DNA of 64,000 bases, from NCBI GenBank assembly GCA_965225945.1, contig CBDDBZ010000039.1, positions 608,001-672,000 of the forward strand. The letters run 5' to 3'. Below are positions 33,448 to 41,755 of the stretch, piece after piece. Numbering within the stretch: position 1 is the stretch's first letter; each line of letters starts with the position of its first letter. The position numbers and the translations under genes were made by a program. This DNA comes from Alphaproteobacteria bacterium (GTDB lineage: Bacteria > Pseudomonadota > Alphaproteobacteria > GCA-2731375). The notes beneath the pieces were generated by a model. The model did no database searches. It was not told the origin of the DNA and was given only the letters and a program-made list of their open reading frames with translations.

Positions 33448-34401
33448 CTATCGACCCACCGGGGTCAGCACCGGCCGGCCGGCGAAATGGCGGACCAGGT
33501 TCTCGATCATCAATTCACCCATGGCGGTCCGGGTCTCGATGGTGGCGCTGGCGTGATGCGGCTGCACGATGACGCCGGGAAACGCCAGCAGTTCGCCCGG
33601 CACGTCGGGTTCCGCCTCGAAGACGTCGAGCGCGGCGCCGCCGATCAGCCCGTCACGCAGCGCCCCGATCAGGCCGTCGGTGTCGACCACGCTGCCGCGC
33701 GCGACGTTGACCAGGAAGCCGCCCGGCCCCAGCGCCGCCAGCACCTCGTGGTCGATCATGTGCCGGGTCTCGGGCCCGCCCGGACAACAGAGCACCAGAT
33801 AGTCCGAGGCGGCGGCGAGTTCCCTCGCGCTGGCGTGATAGTCCTCGGCGACGTCGGCCTGCCGGTTTCGACCGTGATAAGCGACGGTCATGCCGAAGGC
33901 CGCCGCCCGCTTGCCCACCTGCTTGCCGATGCGCCCGAAGCCGACGATGCCGACGGTCTTGCCGCGAAGCGCGCTCGAGAGCCCGATGTCGCCTTCCCGG
34001 GGCCAGCGCCCGGCGCGGACGTAGCCGTCGCCCTCGACGATGCGGCGCGACGCGGCGATCAGCAGCCCCATGGCGAGGTCGGCGACGCAATCGGTCAGCA
34101 CCTCCGGCGTGTTGGTCACCACGACGCCCCGCTCGGCCGCGGCGGCGAGGTCCACGAAATCGACCCCGACGGCGAAGCAGGAGACAATCTCGAGGCCGGG
34201 AATTGCGTGGATCATGGCGCTATCGACCGGGTCCGGCGCGGTCGCGACCACGGCGCGGACACCGCCCGCGACCCGGCTGAGCAAGGCCGCCGGTTGCTCG
34301 GCGCTGTGATACTTGTGGACGGTGAATTCGGCTTCCAGCTTCTCAGTTGTCCAGGGTGGAAAATCGGAGACCTGCAGAACCTCGACCCGATCCTCGCTCA
34401 C
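33448..34401 (-). CDS. D-2-hydroxyacid dehydrogenase (glyoxylate/hydroxypyruvate reductase-like)
   Basis: VTNTP.VL, GIVGFGRIG, NVARGSVVD, LDVFEAEP, QPHHAS; GTG start overlaps ccmE stop. Confidence 0.92.
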   Translation of the reverse strand: MSEDRVEVLQVSDFPPWTTEKLEAEFTVHKYHSAEQPAALLSRVAGGVRAVVATAPDPVDSAMIHAIPGLEIVSCFAVGVDFVDLAAAAERGVVVTNTPEVLTDCVADLAMGLLIAASRRIVEGDGYVRAGRWPREGDIGLSSALRGKTVGIVGFGRIGKQVGKRAAAFGMTVAYHGRNRQADVAEDYHASARELAAASDYLVLCCPGGPETRHMIDHEVLAALGPGGFLVNVARGSVVDTDGLIGALRDGLIGGAALDVFEAEPDVPGELLAFPGVIVQPHHASATIETRTAMGELMIENLVRHFAGRPVLTPVGR

Positions 34402-34841
34402 TGCGTGCCTCCCTTCCACTTGCCGGACTTCTTCAGGGCCTCGGCGACTTCCGGCGGCATGTAGCTCTCGTCGTGCTTGGCCAGCACCTGCGAGGCGACG
34501 AAGACGCCATCGGCATCGAGCGCGCCTTCCGCCACCACGCCCTGACCCTCGCGAAAGAGGTCCGGCAGCATGCCACGAAAGACCACCGGCACGGCGTGGG
34601 CGAGATCGGTCACCTCGAAGCGGACGCTGACGCCGTCCTCGGCACGTTTGACGCTGCCCTCCACCACCAGGCCGCCGATTCTGAGCCGCTGGCCAGCGGG
34701 CGGCGCGCGGGCCACCAGCTCGCTCGGCCCGTAGAAGAAGACGATGCTATCCTCGAGGACGACCAGCACCAGGGCCACCACGGCGCCGAGGCCCGCCAGC
34801 GCCGAGATCGCTATCCAGAGCCGACGATGCTTGCGCTTCAC
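34398..34841 (-). CDS. ccmE: Heme chaperone CcmE
   Basis: RIGGLV, PDLFREGQGVV, VLAKHDESYMPPEV. Confidence 0.97.
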   Translation of the reverse strand: MKRKHRRLWIAISALAGLGAVVALVLVVLEDSIVFFYGPSELVARAPPAGQRLRIGGLVVEGSVKRAEDGVSVRFEVTDLAHAVPVVFRGMLPDLFREGQGVVAEGALDADGVFVASQVLAKHDESYMPPEVAEALKKSGKWKGGTQ

Positions 34842-35026
34842 GACGTCTCGTCCTCTTCCCCGCCATCGGCCAGTCGACGCAGCTCCTCCAGCCGCCGGGC
34901 GACCTCGCGCTGGCGGCGGCGGCTCAGCCCCGCGAGCCCGGCCATGAGCGCGGCGGTCGCGAGGAACGCCGGCCAGACGAAACCCGCGTAGCCGCCCATG
35001 TCGAGGAAGTCCCGGATCGCCTGCAT
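34838..35026 (-). CDS. ccmD: Heme exporter protein CcmD
   Basis: FLDMGGYAGFVWPAF + TM + basic tail; between ccmC and ccmE. Confidence 0.9.
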   Translation of the reverse strand: MQAIRDFLDMGGYAGFVWPAFLATAALMAGLAGLSRRRQREVARRLEELRRLADGGEEDETS

Positions 35027-35143
35027 CAACCCGCTCCCGGCCGCTCCCTCGAGGCCATGCCCCGGCGGCGCCGTTGCCACCGTCGTCCCCCCGACGTTAT
35101 AGGAAGCCGCCCCTCGAGCGTCCAGGTGGCGGCGATCACGAAA

Positions 35144-35911
35144 TCAGGCGCGGACCACCGGCGTCGGGGGCGCGGAATCCTCCGCCAGGCGCGCCTCCAG
35201 GACCCGGAGCTGGCGAAGGTCAAGCTCGGTCTTCATCCTGACCAGTAGCACGGCGACGAAATAGGCGTTGAAGCCGGCTGCCATCACCAGCAGCGGCCAC
35301 AGCATGCTCGCGTGGATGGCGGGCCCGTCGGCGCGCAGCACGCTCGCCGGCTGGTGCAGCGTGTTCCACCACTCGACCGAGAACTTGATGATCGGCACGT
35401 TGACGAAGCCGACGAGCGCCAGGATGGCACAGGCCCTCGCCGCCTTGCTCGGATCCTCGATCGCCTGGCCGAGAGCCATGTAGCCGAGATAGAGGAAGAG
35501 CAGCACCAGCACCGAGGTGAGACGGGCGTCCCAGACCCACCAGGTGCCCCACATCGGCTGGCCCCAGAGCGCGCCGGTGATCAGCGCCTGAGCGGTGAAG
35601 ATCGCGCCGATCGGCGCCATCGCCCGGGCCGCGACGTCGGCCAGGGGATGCTTCCAGACCAGCGAGATCAGGCTCGCCGCCGCCAGCGCCGTATAGCACA
35701 GAAGCGCCATCCAGGCCGACGGCACGTGGACGAACATGATCCGGACCGTCTCGCCCTGCTGGTAGTCGGCGGGCGCCGCGAACAGGGCGAGCCAGAGCGC
35801 GAGCCCGATCAACCCGACCGCGAGCCCGGTGGCCCAGGGCAGCATGCGGTCGGCCAGCCGGCGGAACCGGGCCGGATTGGCCAGGCGGTGCATGGCGCCG
35901 GAGATCGCCAT
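35144..35911 (-). CDS. ccmC: Heme exporter CcmC
   Basis: IMFVHVPSAW, WGQPMWGTWWVWDARLTS, WWNTLHQ; start 35911 or 35893. Confidence 0.96.
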   Translation of the reverse strand: MAISGAMHRLANPARFRRLADRMLPWATGLAVGLIGLALWLALFAAPADYQQGETVRIMFVHVPSAWMALLCYTALAAASLISLVWKHPLADVAARAMAPIGAIFTAQALITGALWGQPMWGTWWVWDARLTSVLVLLFLYLGYMALGQAIEDPSKAARACAILALVGFVNVPIIKFSVEWWNTLHQPASVLRADGPAIHASMLWPLLVMAAGFNAYFVAVLLVRMKTELDLRQLRVLEARLAEDSAPPTPVVRA

Positions 35912-35963
35912 GCTCAGCCCGCCCCAGCGGGCGACACCCGCTCGAGGCCTATCTCCATCGGTA

Positions 35964-36158
35964 TCATTCGTCGTCCCCGAGTTCACGCGCCTCGTCGATC
36001 AACAGGATCGGCACGCCCTCGCGGATCGGATAGGCGAGACGGGCCCTGGGGCTGATCAGCTCCTGGCGCTCGCGGTCGAAGCGGAGCGGCCCCTTGCTCA
36101 AGGGGCAGACCAGGATCTCCAGCAGCTTCGGGTCGACGCTCTGATTGTCGTCACTCAT
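35964..36158 (-). CDS. Trm112/UPF0434 family protein
   Basis: [28 protein letters not shown]. Confidence 0.93.
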   Translation of the reverse strand: MSDDNQSVDPKLLEILVCPLSKGPLRFDRERQELISPRARLAYPIREGVPILLIDEARELGDDE

Positions 36159-36218
36159 CGCGCGGCGTCCTCCCTATACCAATCGAGGTAAGTCCCGGCC
36201 GTTCCGGGGCGGTTGGCA

Positions 36219-36557
36219 TTATCGCCCCTTGGCGCAATCCACGCAGAGCGTCGCGGCGGGGTCCAGCTCGAGCCGGCGACCTGGCAGCTCGTCGTCGCAG
36301 CCGAGGCAATGGCCATAGTCCCCCGTCTCGACCCGGTGCAGCGCCGCCTCGATCCGCTTCAGCTCCCGGGCGCGTCGCCGTTCGGTCTCCAGCGCCATGG
36401 CCTGGTCCTGCATCGCAGCCATCCGCGAGAGCCGTCCGACCCGGCTCTGATCGAGCTCGACCGGGCGGCGCGCGTCCGCCATCGCCGCGTCGATTTCGAG
36501 CAACCCCTCGCGCCGCGCCTCCAGCCGCCGGCGGGCCTCCGCCAGATCCATCGCCAC
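36219..36557 (-). CDS. TraR/DksA C4-type zinc finger protein
   Basis: VELDQSRVGRLSRM, YGHCLGC...LCVDC. Confidence 0.9.
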   Translation of the reverse strand: MAMDLAEARRRLEARREGLLEIDAAMADARRPVELDQSRVGRLSRMAAMQDQAMALETERRRARELKRIEAALHRVETGDYGHCLGCDDELPGRRLELDPAATLCVDCAKGR

Positions 36558-36579
36558 CCTCCAGAATGGCCCAAATACG

Positions 36580-36606
36580 AAAAAGGCCCGGTCCGGGACC
36601 GGGCCT
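36580..36606 (-). terminator. Rho-independent terminator after rpmG
   Basis: AGGCCCGGTCC-G-GGACCGGGCCT inverted repeat with a T-run on the minus strand. Confidence 0.8.
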
Positions 36607-36629
36607 CGCCGTTCGGTCCGACGCGAAGC

Positions 36630-36797
36630 TTACTTGATTCTCGCCTCCTTGAACTCGACATGCTTGCGCACGACCGGATCGTACTTGCGCATGGCCATCT
36701 TATCGGTCTGCGTGCGGGGATTCTTCTTGGTCACGTAGTAGTAGCCGGTGCCGGCGGTGCTGACGAGCTTGATCTTGATTGTCGCGGGCTTCGCCAT
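36630..36797 (-). CDS. rpmG: 50S ribosomal protein L33 (not in ORF track, 55 aa)
   Basis: [55 protein letters not shown]; GGGAGG RBS. Confidence 0.97.
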   Translation of the reverse strand: MAKPATIKIKLVSTAGTGYYYVTKKNPRTQTDKMAMRKYDPVVRKHVEFKEARIK

Positions 36798-36860
36798 CCG
36801 AGCCTCCCGTGCCTGAAAACCTGTCCGTGTCGCCCCAAGTTAGGTCGGTCGCCCGCGAAG

Positions 36861-38036
36861 TCAAGCTTTCGGGCGCCGCCAAGGGCCCCATTGCCGGGCG
36901 CACCAGAGCAGGACGAAGGCGAGGCCGGCCAGCGCGAGGGTTCCCGGCAGGCCTTCCGGGTTCCAGACGTCCATCGCCCAGCCGGCGGCGGGCGGTCCCG
37001 CCAGATGAGCGATGCCCCACAGCACGCTGAAGGCGGCGTTCGCCGCCACCAGGTCGGCGCCGCGAAAGCGCTGGCCGAGAAGCGTCATCGCCACCGTATA
37101 GACCCCCGAGCCGAGCCCGCCCCAGAAAAACAGCAGCGGCCAGAGCCACGCGCCGTGGTGAATGGCGAGGGGGAGGAGCAGGCTTCCGGCCACCACCGAC
37201 AGGCCGCAGAACAGCAGCACGAGATAGCGGTCGTAGCGGTCGAGAGCCCAGCCGATGGCGATCTGCAGGACGACGTTGCCGACGGTCAGCACCACCAGCA
37301 GGCGCGCCGCCGCCCCATCGTCCATGCCGAGCTGGACGCCATAGACCGGCAGAAGTGAGAACTGGGTCATCAGCACGAAGGCGAACAGCATGACCGCGCC
37401 GGCTAGCGTCGGCGCCTGTTTGATGAAGCCCAAGACGCCGAAGCTCGATCCTGTCTCGATCGCCGGCGCCGTTTCGCCGGCTAGCAGCAGCGGCGCAATC
37501 GAGACGAGAATGACGCCGGCGCCGATCAGAAACGGCGGCCATCCCTCGATCCCGGTGAAGCCGATGATCACGGGCCCGAGCGCCAATCCGGCCGAGATCG
37601 CCATGACGTAAATCGAGACCACGCGGCCGCGCGTCGCGTCCTCGGCGAGCTGATTGATCCAGCTCTCGGCGGCGATGAACAGCAGCGCGCCCGAAGCGCC
37701 CAGGACGAAACGCAGGACGAACCAGACGGCCAGGTCGTCGAGCGCCGGAAACAGCAGCAAGACGGCGACCTCGACGACCAGGGCGAATGTGATCACCCGG
37801 CGATATCCCAGCGCCCGGATCATCCTGGGCACGAGGGGAGAGACTAGCAGCACGGCGAGCGCCGGTGCCGCTGCGTTCATGCCGATGATGGCGCGCTCGA
37901 CGCCGCGCGATTCCAGGATCAGCGAGATCAGCGGCGAGGTCAGGCCGAGCGTCACGCCATAGACGGCGATCGTGGTAATGATGGCGGCCAGGCTGCGTCG
38001 GCGCTCGCCCCGGGTGAGGCCCGGCGCCTCATTCAT
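36861..38036 (-). CDS. MFS transporter (12 TM)
   Basis: AESWINQLA....RGR, GWALDRYDR, hydrophobic profile. Confidence 0.9.
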   Translation of the reverse strand: MNEAPGLTRGERRRSLAAIITTIAVYGVTLGLTSPLISLILESRGVERAIIGMNAAAPALAVLLVSPLVPRMIRALGYRRVITFALVVEVAVLLLFPALDDLAVWFVLRFVLGASGALLFIAAESWINQLAEDATRGRVVSIYVMAISAGLALGPVIIGFTGIEGWPPFLIGAGVILVSIAPLLLAGETAPAIETGSSFGVLGFIKQAPTLAGAVMLFAFVLMTQFSLLPVYGVQLGMDDGAAARLLVVLTVGNVVLQIAIGWALDRYDRYLVLLFCGLSVVAGSLLLPLAIHHGAWLWPLLFFWGGLGSGVYTVAMTLLGQRFRGADLVAANAAFSVLWGIAHLAGPPAAGWAMDVWNPEGLPGTLALAGLAFVLLWCARQWGPWRRPKA

Positions 38037-38673
38037 AGCGGACGCGCGATCGCCCTTGGCGGTAATGGAAAAACGGAATGCCGGGCGCCCGCCAGCCGTC
38101 CAGCCGCCTTTGCACCTCGCCCAGAACGAATTCCGTCACGTCCGCGACATTCATCGCCAAAGCTTCGGGAATTGCGAGCCAACGGAGATCCCGTAATTCG
38201 CGGCTGTCCCGCGCCTCGCCCGTGGCGTCGCTGGCGTCGGCGAGAAAGAAGCGGGCGTGGAAGCGGATGGAATAGTGGGGCGGCGTGATCGCCCGGGCGA
38301 TGTAGTCGAAGCCGGCAAGTGCTGGACATGGCTTGCCCGCGACGAGGCGGCCGAACACCAGCCCGGTTTCCTCATGCGTCTCGCGCGCCGCCGTCACCGC
38401 CAGGGCGCGCGCGATCCGGGGCGGCCACTTGGCCTCCAGCTTGGCCGCGACCTCGCGCGACAAGTCCGAGTCCACGGCGCTGCGGCTGTCCGCCGGGTCC
38501 AGCCGGCCGCCCGGGAAGACGTAGAGATTGGGCATGAAGCGATGGCGGGAGGCGCGCCGGCCCATCAGCACCTCATGCCCCTCGCCGCAGCGACGCAGGA
38601 TGACGAGGCTCGCCGCGTCCTTCGGCTTGACCGGGGGTTTGACCGGGCGCTCGGCCTTCCGCGCCGCCGTCAT
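38029..38673 (-). CDS. NUDIX hydrolase
   Basis: PKDAASL, VFPGGRLD, AARETHEETG, RAITPP...RFHARFF. Confidence 0.9.
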   Translation of the reverse strand: MTAARKAERPVKPPVKPKDAASLVILRRCGEGHEVLMGRRASRHRFMPNLYVFPGGRLDPADSRSAVDSDLSREVAAKLEAKWPPRIARALAVTAARETHEETGLVFGRLVAGKPCPALAGFDYIARAITPPHYSIRFHARFFLADASDATGEARDSRELRDLRWLAIPEALAMNVADVTEFVLGEVQRRLDGWRAPGIPFFHYRQGRSRVRYE

Positions 38674-39368
38674 TCGTGCTCGACGATGCGCTTGCCGTGG
38701 AGGACGCGGTAGGCCGGCACCGTGCCACGGCGCTGCCAATCCTCGGGCGCGGACAGGATCTCTTCCACCGTGTCGAGCACGATTTTGGTGATCCCGGAAA
38801 GTTTCAGCAACTTGGCCCTTGCGATGGGAATCCACTCGATGTGGAGCAATTCGCCGCTGCCGTTGATCTTGCCGGAGGTCCGCTCGCCGTCGGCGAGAAA
38901 AAACCGGGCATTGAAACGCCGGTTTCGAAACGGCGGCGTCACCGCGCGGGTGATGTAGTCCAGGGCGTAGAGGTCGGGGCCTTGCCCGGTCTCGTAGAAC
39001 CGCGCCCAGGACTTAGGGATCCGGCGGGGGGCGGCCATCGGTCGGCCGATGATCAGGCCGGTTTCCTCGAAGGTCTCGCGCACGGCGGCCAGCGCCAGGG
39101 CCTGCGCCTTCCCGGGCGTGGCGGCGGAGCGGCCCAGCAGATCGGCGACCCGGTGGTTGAGCGGGCGGGCCGGGGCTGCGTGATAGTCGGCCCGCTCGAG
39201 GCGGCCGCCGGGAAAGACATAGTGATCGGGCAGGAATTCGAGCCCGCCATGGCGCTGGCCCATCAGCACGGCTGGCTTGCCGCCCTGCGAGCGGACCAGG
39301 ACCAGGGTTGCGGCATCCCGTGGCCGCGCGGCGCGGCGCGGCGAGGGCGACGTGTTTTTCATGACCAT
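38670..39368 (-). CDS. NUDIX hydrolase (paralog of downstream gene)
   Basis: PRDAATL, VFPGGRLE, AVRETFEETG, RAVTPP...RFNARFF. Confidence 0.9.
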   Translation of the reverse strand: MVMKNTSPSPRRAARPRDAATLVLVRSQGGKPAVLMGQRHGGLEFLPDHYVFPGGRLERADYHAAPARPLNHRVADLLGRSAATPGKAQALALAAVRETFEETGLIIGRPMAAPRRIPKSWARFYETGQGPDLYALDYITRAVTPPFRNRRFNARFFLADGERTSGKINGSGELLHIEWIPIARAKLLKLSGITKIVLDTVEEILSAPEDWQRRGTVPAYRVLHGKRIVEHE

Positions 39369-39486
39369 CCGATCGAGCGCGAGCGCTCCCCGATAGCACC
39401 CTCCTCGCCGCGATGTCCACTCGGCGCCGGCGACGCCAACGGCGGCGAGGCGGGCTCGCGTCGGTCTTGCGGCCTCGTGCATCGGC

Positions 39487-41733
39487 TCAGCCGCGTCGTC
39501 GCCCACGCCCACGCCCGTTTCGCGGAGCGGGCCGGCCGCCACGCTTGGCGCCGCGCCGGGGGACCTCGCGCGGCTCGTGCTCCGCCCAATCCACCAGCTC
39601 GAGGGCCAGTTTGCCGGTGATCGTGTCGGCGCGGACCAGGCGCACGCGCACGCCATCGCCCAGCCGGTGGATGCGGCCCGTCCGCTCGCCGATGAGCGAT
39701 TGGGACTCCTCGTCCAGGACGAAATATTCGCGCCCGATCGTGCCGATCGGCACCAAGCCGTCGGCGCCGGTCTCGTCGAGGCGGACGAAGAGGCCGGCGC
39801 GCGTGACGCCGGCGATGGCGCCCTCGAACTCTTCCTCGACGCGACCGGCCATGTGGGCGGTGAGATAGCGGTCGAGGGCATCGCGCTCCGCCCGGGCGGC
39901 GCGCCGCTCGGTCATCGAGACGTGCTCGCCGATCTCGTCCATTTGCGCCGCCTCCCCCTCGCTCAGCCCGTCCGGGCCGAGGTTCAGGCCGCGCACTAGC
40001 GCGCGATGCACCAGCAGGTCCGGGTAGCGCCGGATCGGCGAGGTGAAATGCGCGTAGCGCCGGAGCGCCAGGCCGAAATGGCCCGCGTTCTCGGGCCCGT
40101 AGAAGGCCTGTGTCTGGGCCCGAAGGACCGCCTGGTTGACCACGTCCCGGGGCCCGCTCTCCGCCACCTGGGCCAGCAGGCGGTTGAAAAGGGCGGGTCG
40201 GATCACCTGGCCGAGGGCGAGGTTCAGGCCGAGGGTGCGGAGGAAGTCGCGAAGCGCGCGCACCTTTTCGGGGTCCGGGGCGTCGTGGACCCGATACATG
40301 CAGGGCTGTTGCCGGCGCTCCAGCTCCTCCGCGGCCGCGACGTTGGCGGCGATCATGAACTCCTCGATCAGCCGGTGGCTGTCGTGGCGGGGCTGGGGCG
40401 CGATATCGGCCACCCGACCCTCGTCGTCGAGCCTGACCCGCAGTTCCGGCAGGTCGAGGTCGAGCGGCCCGCGCCGCGCCCGCGCCCGCATCAGCGCCTC
40501 CCAGGCACCGTACAGCGGGCCGATCCGGTCCCGCGCCGCCATGGCCAAGTTCGATTTCGATGCCCCGTCGCGGACCTCCTGCACCTGGTCGTAGGTCAGG
40601 CGGGCGCGCGAGCGGATCATCGCCCGGTGGAAGCTGTGCTCGAGCTTATCGCCGCCCGCCCCGAAGCGCATTTCCGCGACCATTACCGGCCGGTCTTCCT
40701 CGGGGCGCAGGCAGCAGAGGTCGTTGGAGAGCCGTTCCGGCAGCATCGCCACGACGCGGTCGGGAAAATAGGCCGAGTTGCCGCGATCCCGCGCCGCCCG
40801 GTCGAGCGCGCTTTCCGGCCGGACGTAGTGGGCGACGTCGGCGATCGCGACCATCACCCGCCAGCCGGCGGCGTTCCCGGCCGCCTCGTCCGGCGCCGCC
40901 CAGACCGCGTCGTCGAAGTCGCGGGCGTCCTCCCCGTCGATGGTGACGAAGGCGAAGTGGCGAAGGTCGAGGCGCGCGTCGAGCTCGGCCGGCACCGCGG
41001 CCTCCGCCTCGGCCAGCGCGAGGGCTGGGAAATCATAGGGGATCTCATGCTCGGTGATCGCGATCAGGCTGGCGGCTCTGGGATCGCCGAAGCGCCCGAC
41101 GACCTCCAGCACTCGGGCTTCGCGCAAGCCGAGGCGCCGGCCCGCCGCGGTCTCGGCGATGACCAGATCGCCTTTCTTCGCGCCGCCCCGTCCGTCCGGG
41201 GGGACCACCAGATCGAACTTGTTGCGCCGATCGGTCGGAATCAGGCGCTGGCTGCCGGCGATTTCGCTCATGACGCCGACGATGCGGTCCGGCGCGAAGG
41301 CGAGGCGGCGGATGACCGTGGCCCGGTAGCCGCCGTCCGCCTTGGCGAGCCGCGCCAGGACCCGCTCCCCGGGGCCGAGCGCCGGGCGAGCGCGAGGTTC
41401 GTCGCGAAGCTCGATCCGGGGCGCCGCGGCGTCGTCGTTCCAGGCCACGGGGCGGGCCACCAGGTTGCCATCGTCGTCGGCGCCGATCACCTCGATCACG
41501 GCCACGGGGGGCAATTCACCCTTCGGCCGCACGGATTTCCGCCGGCCGCGCTCGATCAGGCCGTCCTCGGCCAATTGCTTCAGGACCGCGCGCAGCTCGG
41601 CGCGGGCGGGCCCGCGAATATCGAAGGCACGGGCGATCTCCCGCTTGCCGACCTTTCCCTCGCTCTCGTTGATGAAGCGGAGGATCTCCGCCTGACTCGG
41701 GAACGGAGGGGCCTCGGTGGTTCGTCGTGCCAA
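39487..41733 (-). CDS. rnr: Ribonuclease R
   Basis: TIDGEDARDFDDA, LIEEFMIAAN, HFTSPIRRYPD, S1 domain; TTG start inferred. Confidence 0.95.
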   Translation of the reverse strand: MARRTTEAPPFPSQAEILRFINESEGKVGKREIARAFDIRGPARAELRAVLKQLAEDGLIERGRRKSVRPKGELPPVAVIEVIGADDDGNLVARPVAWNDDAAAPRIELRDEPRARPALGPGERVLARLAKADGGYRATVIRRLAFAPDRIVGVMSEIAGSQRLIPTDRRNKFDLVVPPDGRGGAKKGDLVIAETAAGRRLGLREARVLEVVGRFGDPRAASLIAITEHEIPYDFPALALAEAEAAVPAELDARLDLRHFAFVTIDGEDARDFDDAVWAAPDEAAGNAAGWRVMVAIADVAHYVRPESALDRAARDRGNSAYFPDRVVAMLPERLSNDLCCLRPEEDRPVMVAEMRFGAGGDKLEHSFHRAMIRSRARLTYDQVQEVRDGASKSNLAMAARDRIGPLYGAWEALMRARARRGPLDLDLPELRVRLDDEGRVADIAPQPRHDSHRLIEEFMIAANVAAAEELERRQQPCMYRVHDAPDPEKVRALRDFLRTLGLNLALGQVIRPALFNRLLAQVAESGPRDVVNQAVLRAQTQAFYGPENAGHFGLALRRYAHFTSPIRRYPDLLVHRALVRGLNLGPDGLSEGEAAQMDEIGEHVSMTERRAARAERDALDRYLTAHMAGRVEEEFEGAIAGVTRAGLFVRLDETGADGLVPIGTIGREYFVLDEESQSLIGERTGRIHRLGDGVRVRLVRADTITGKLALELVDWAEHEPREVPRRGAKRGGRPAPRNGRGRGRRRG

Positions 41734-41755
41734 TGCAGCTGCGCTTTCCGGCGCC

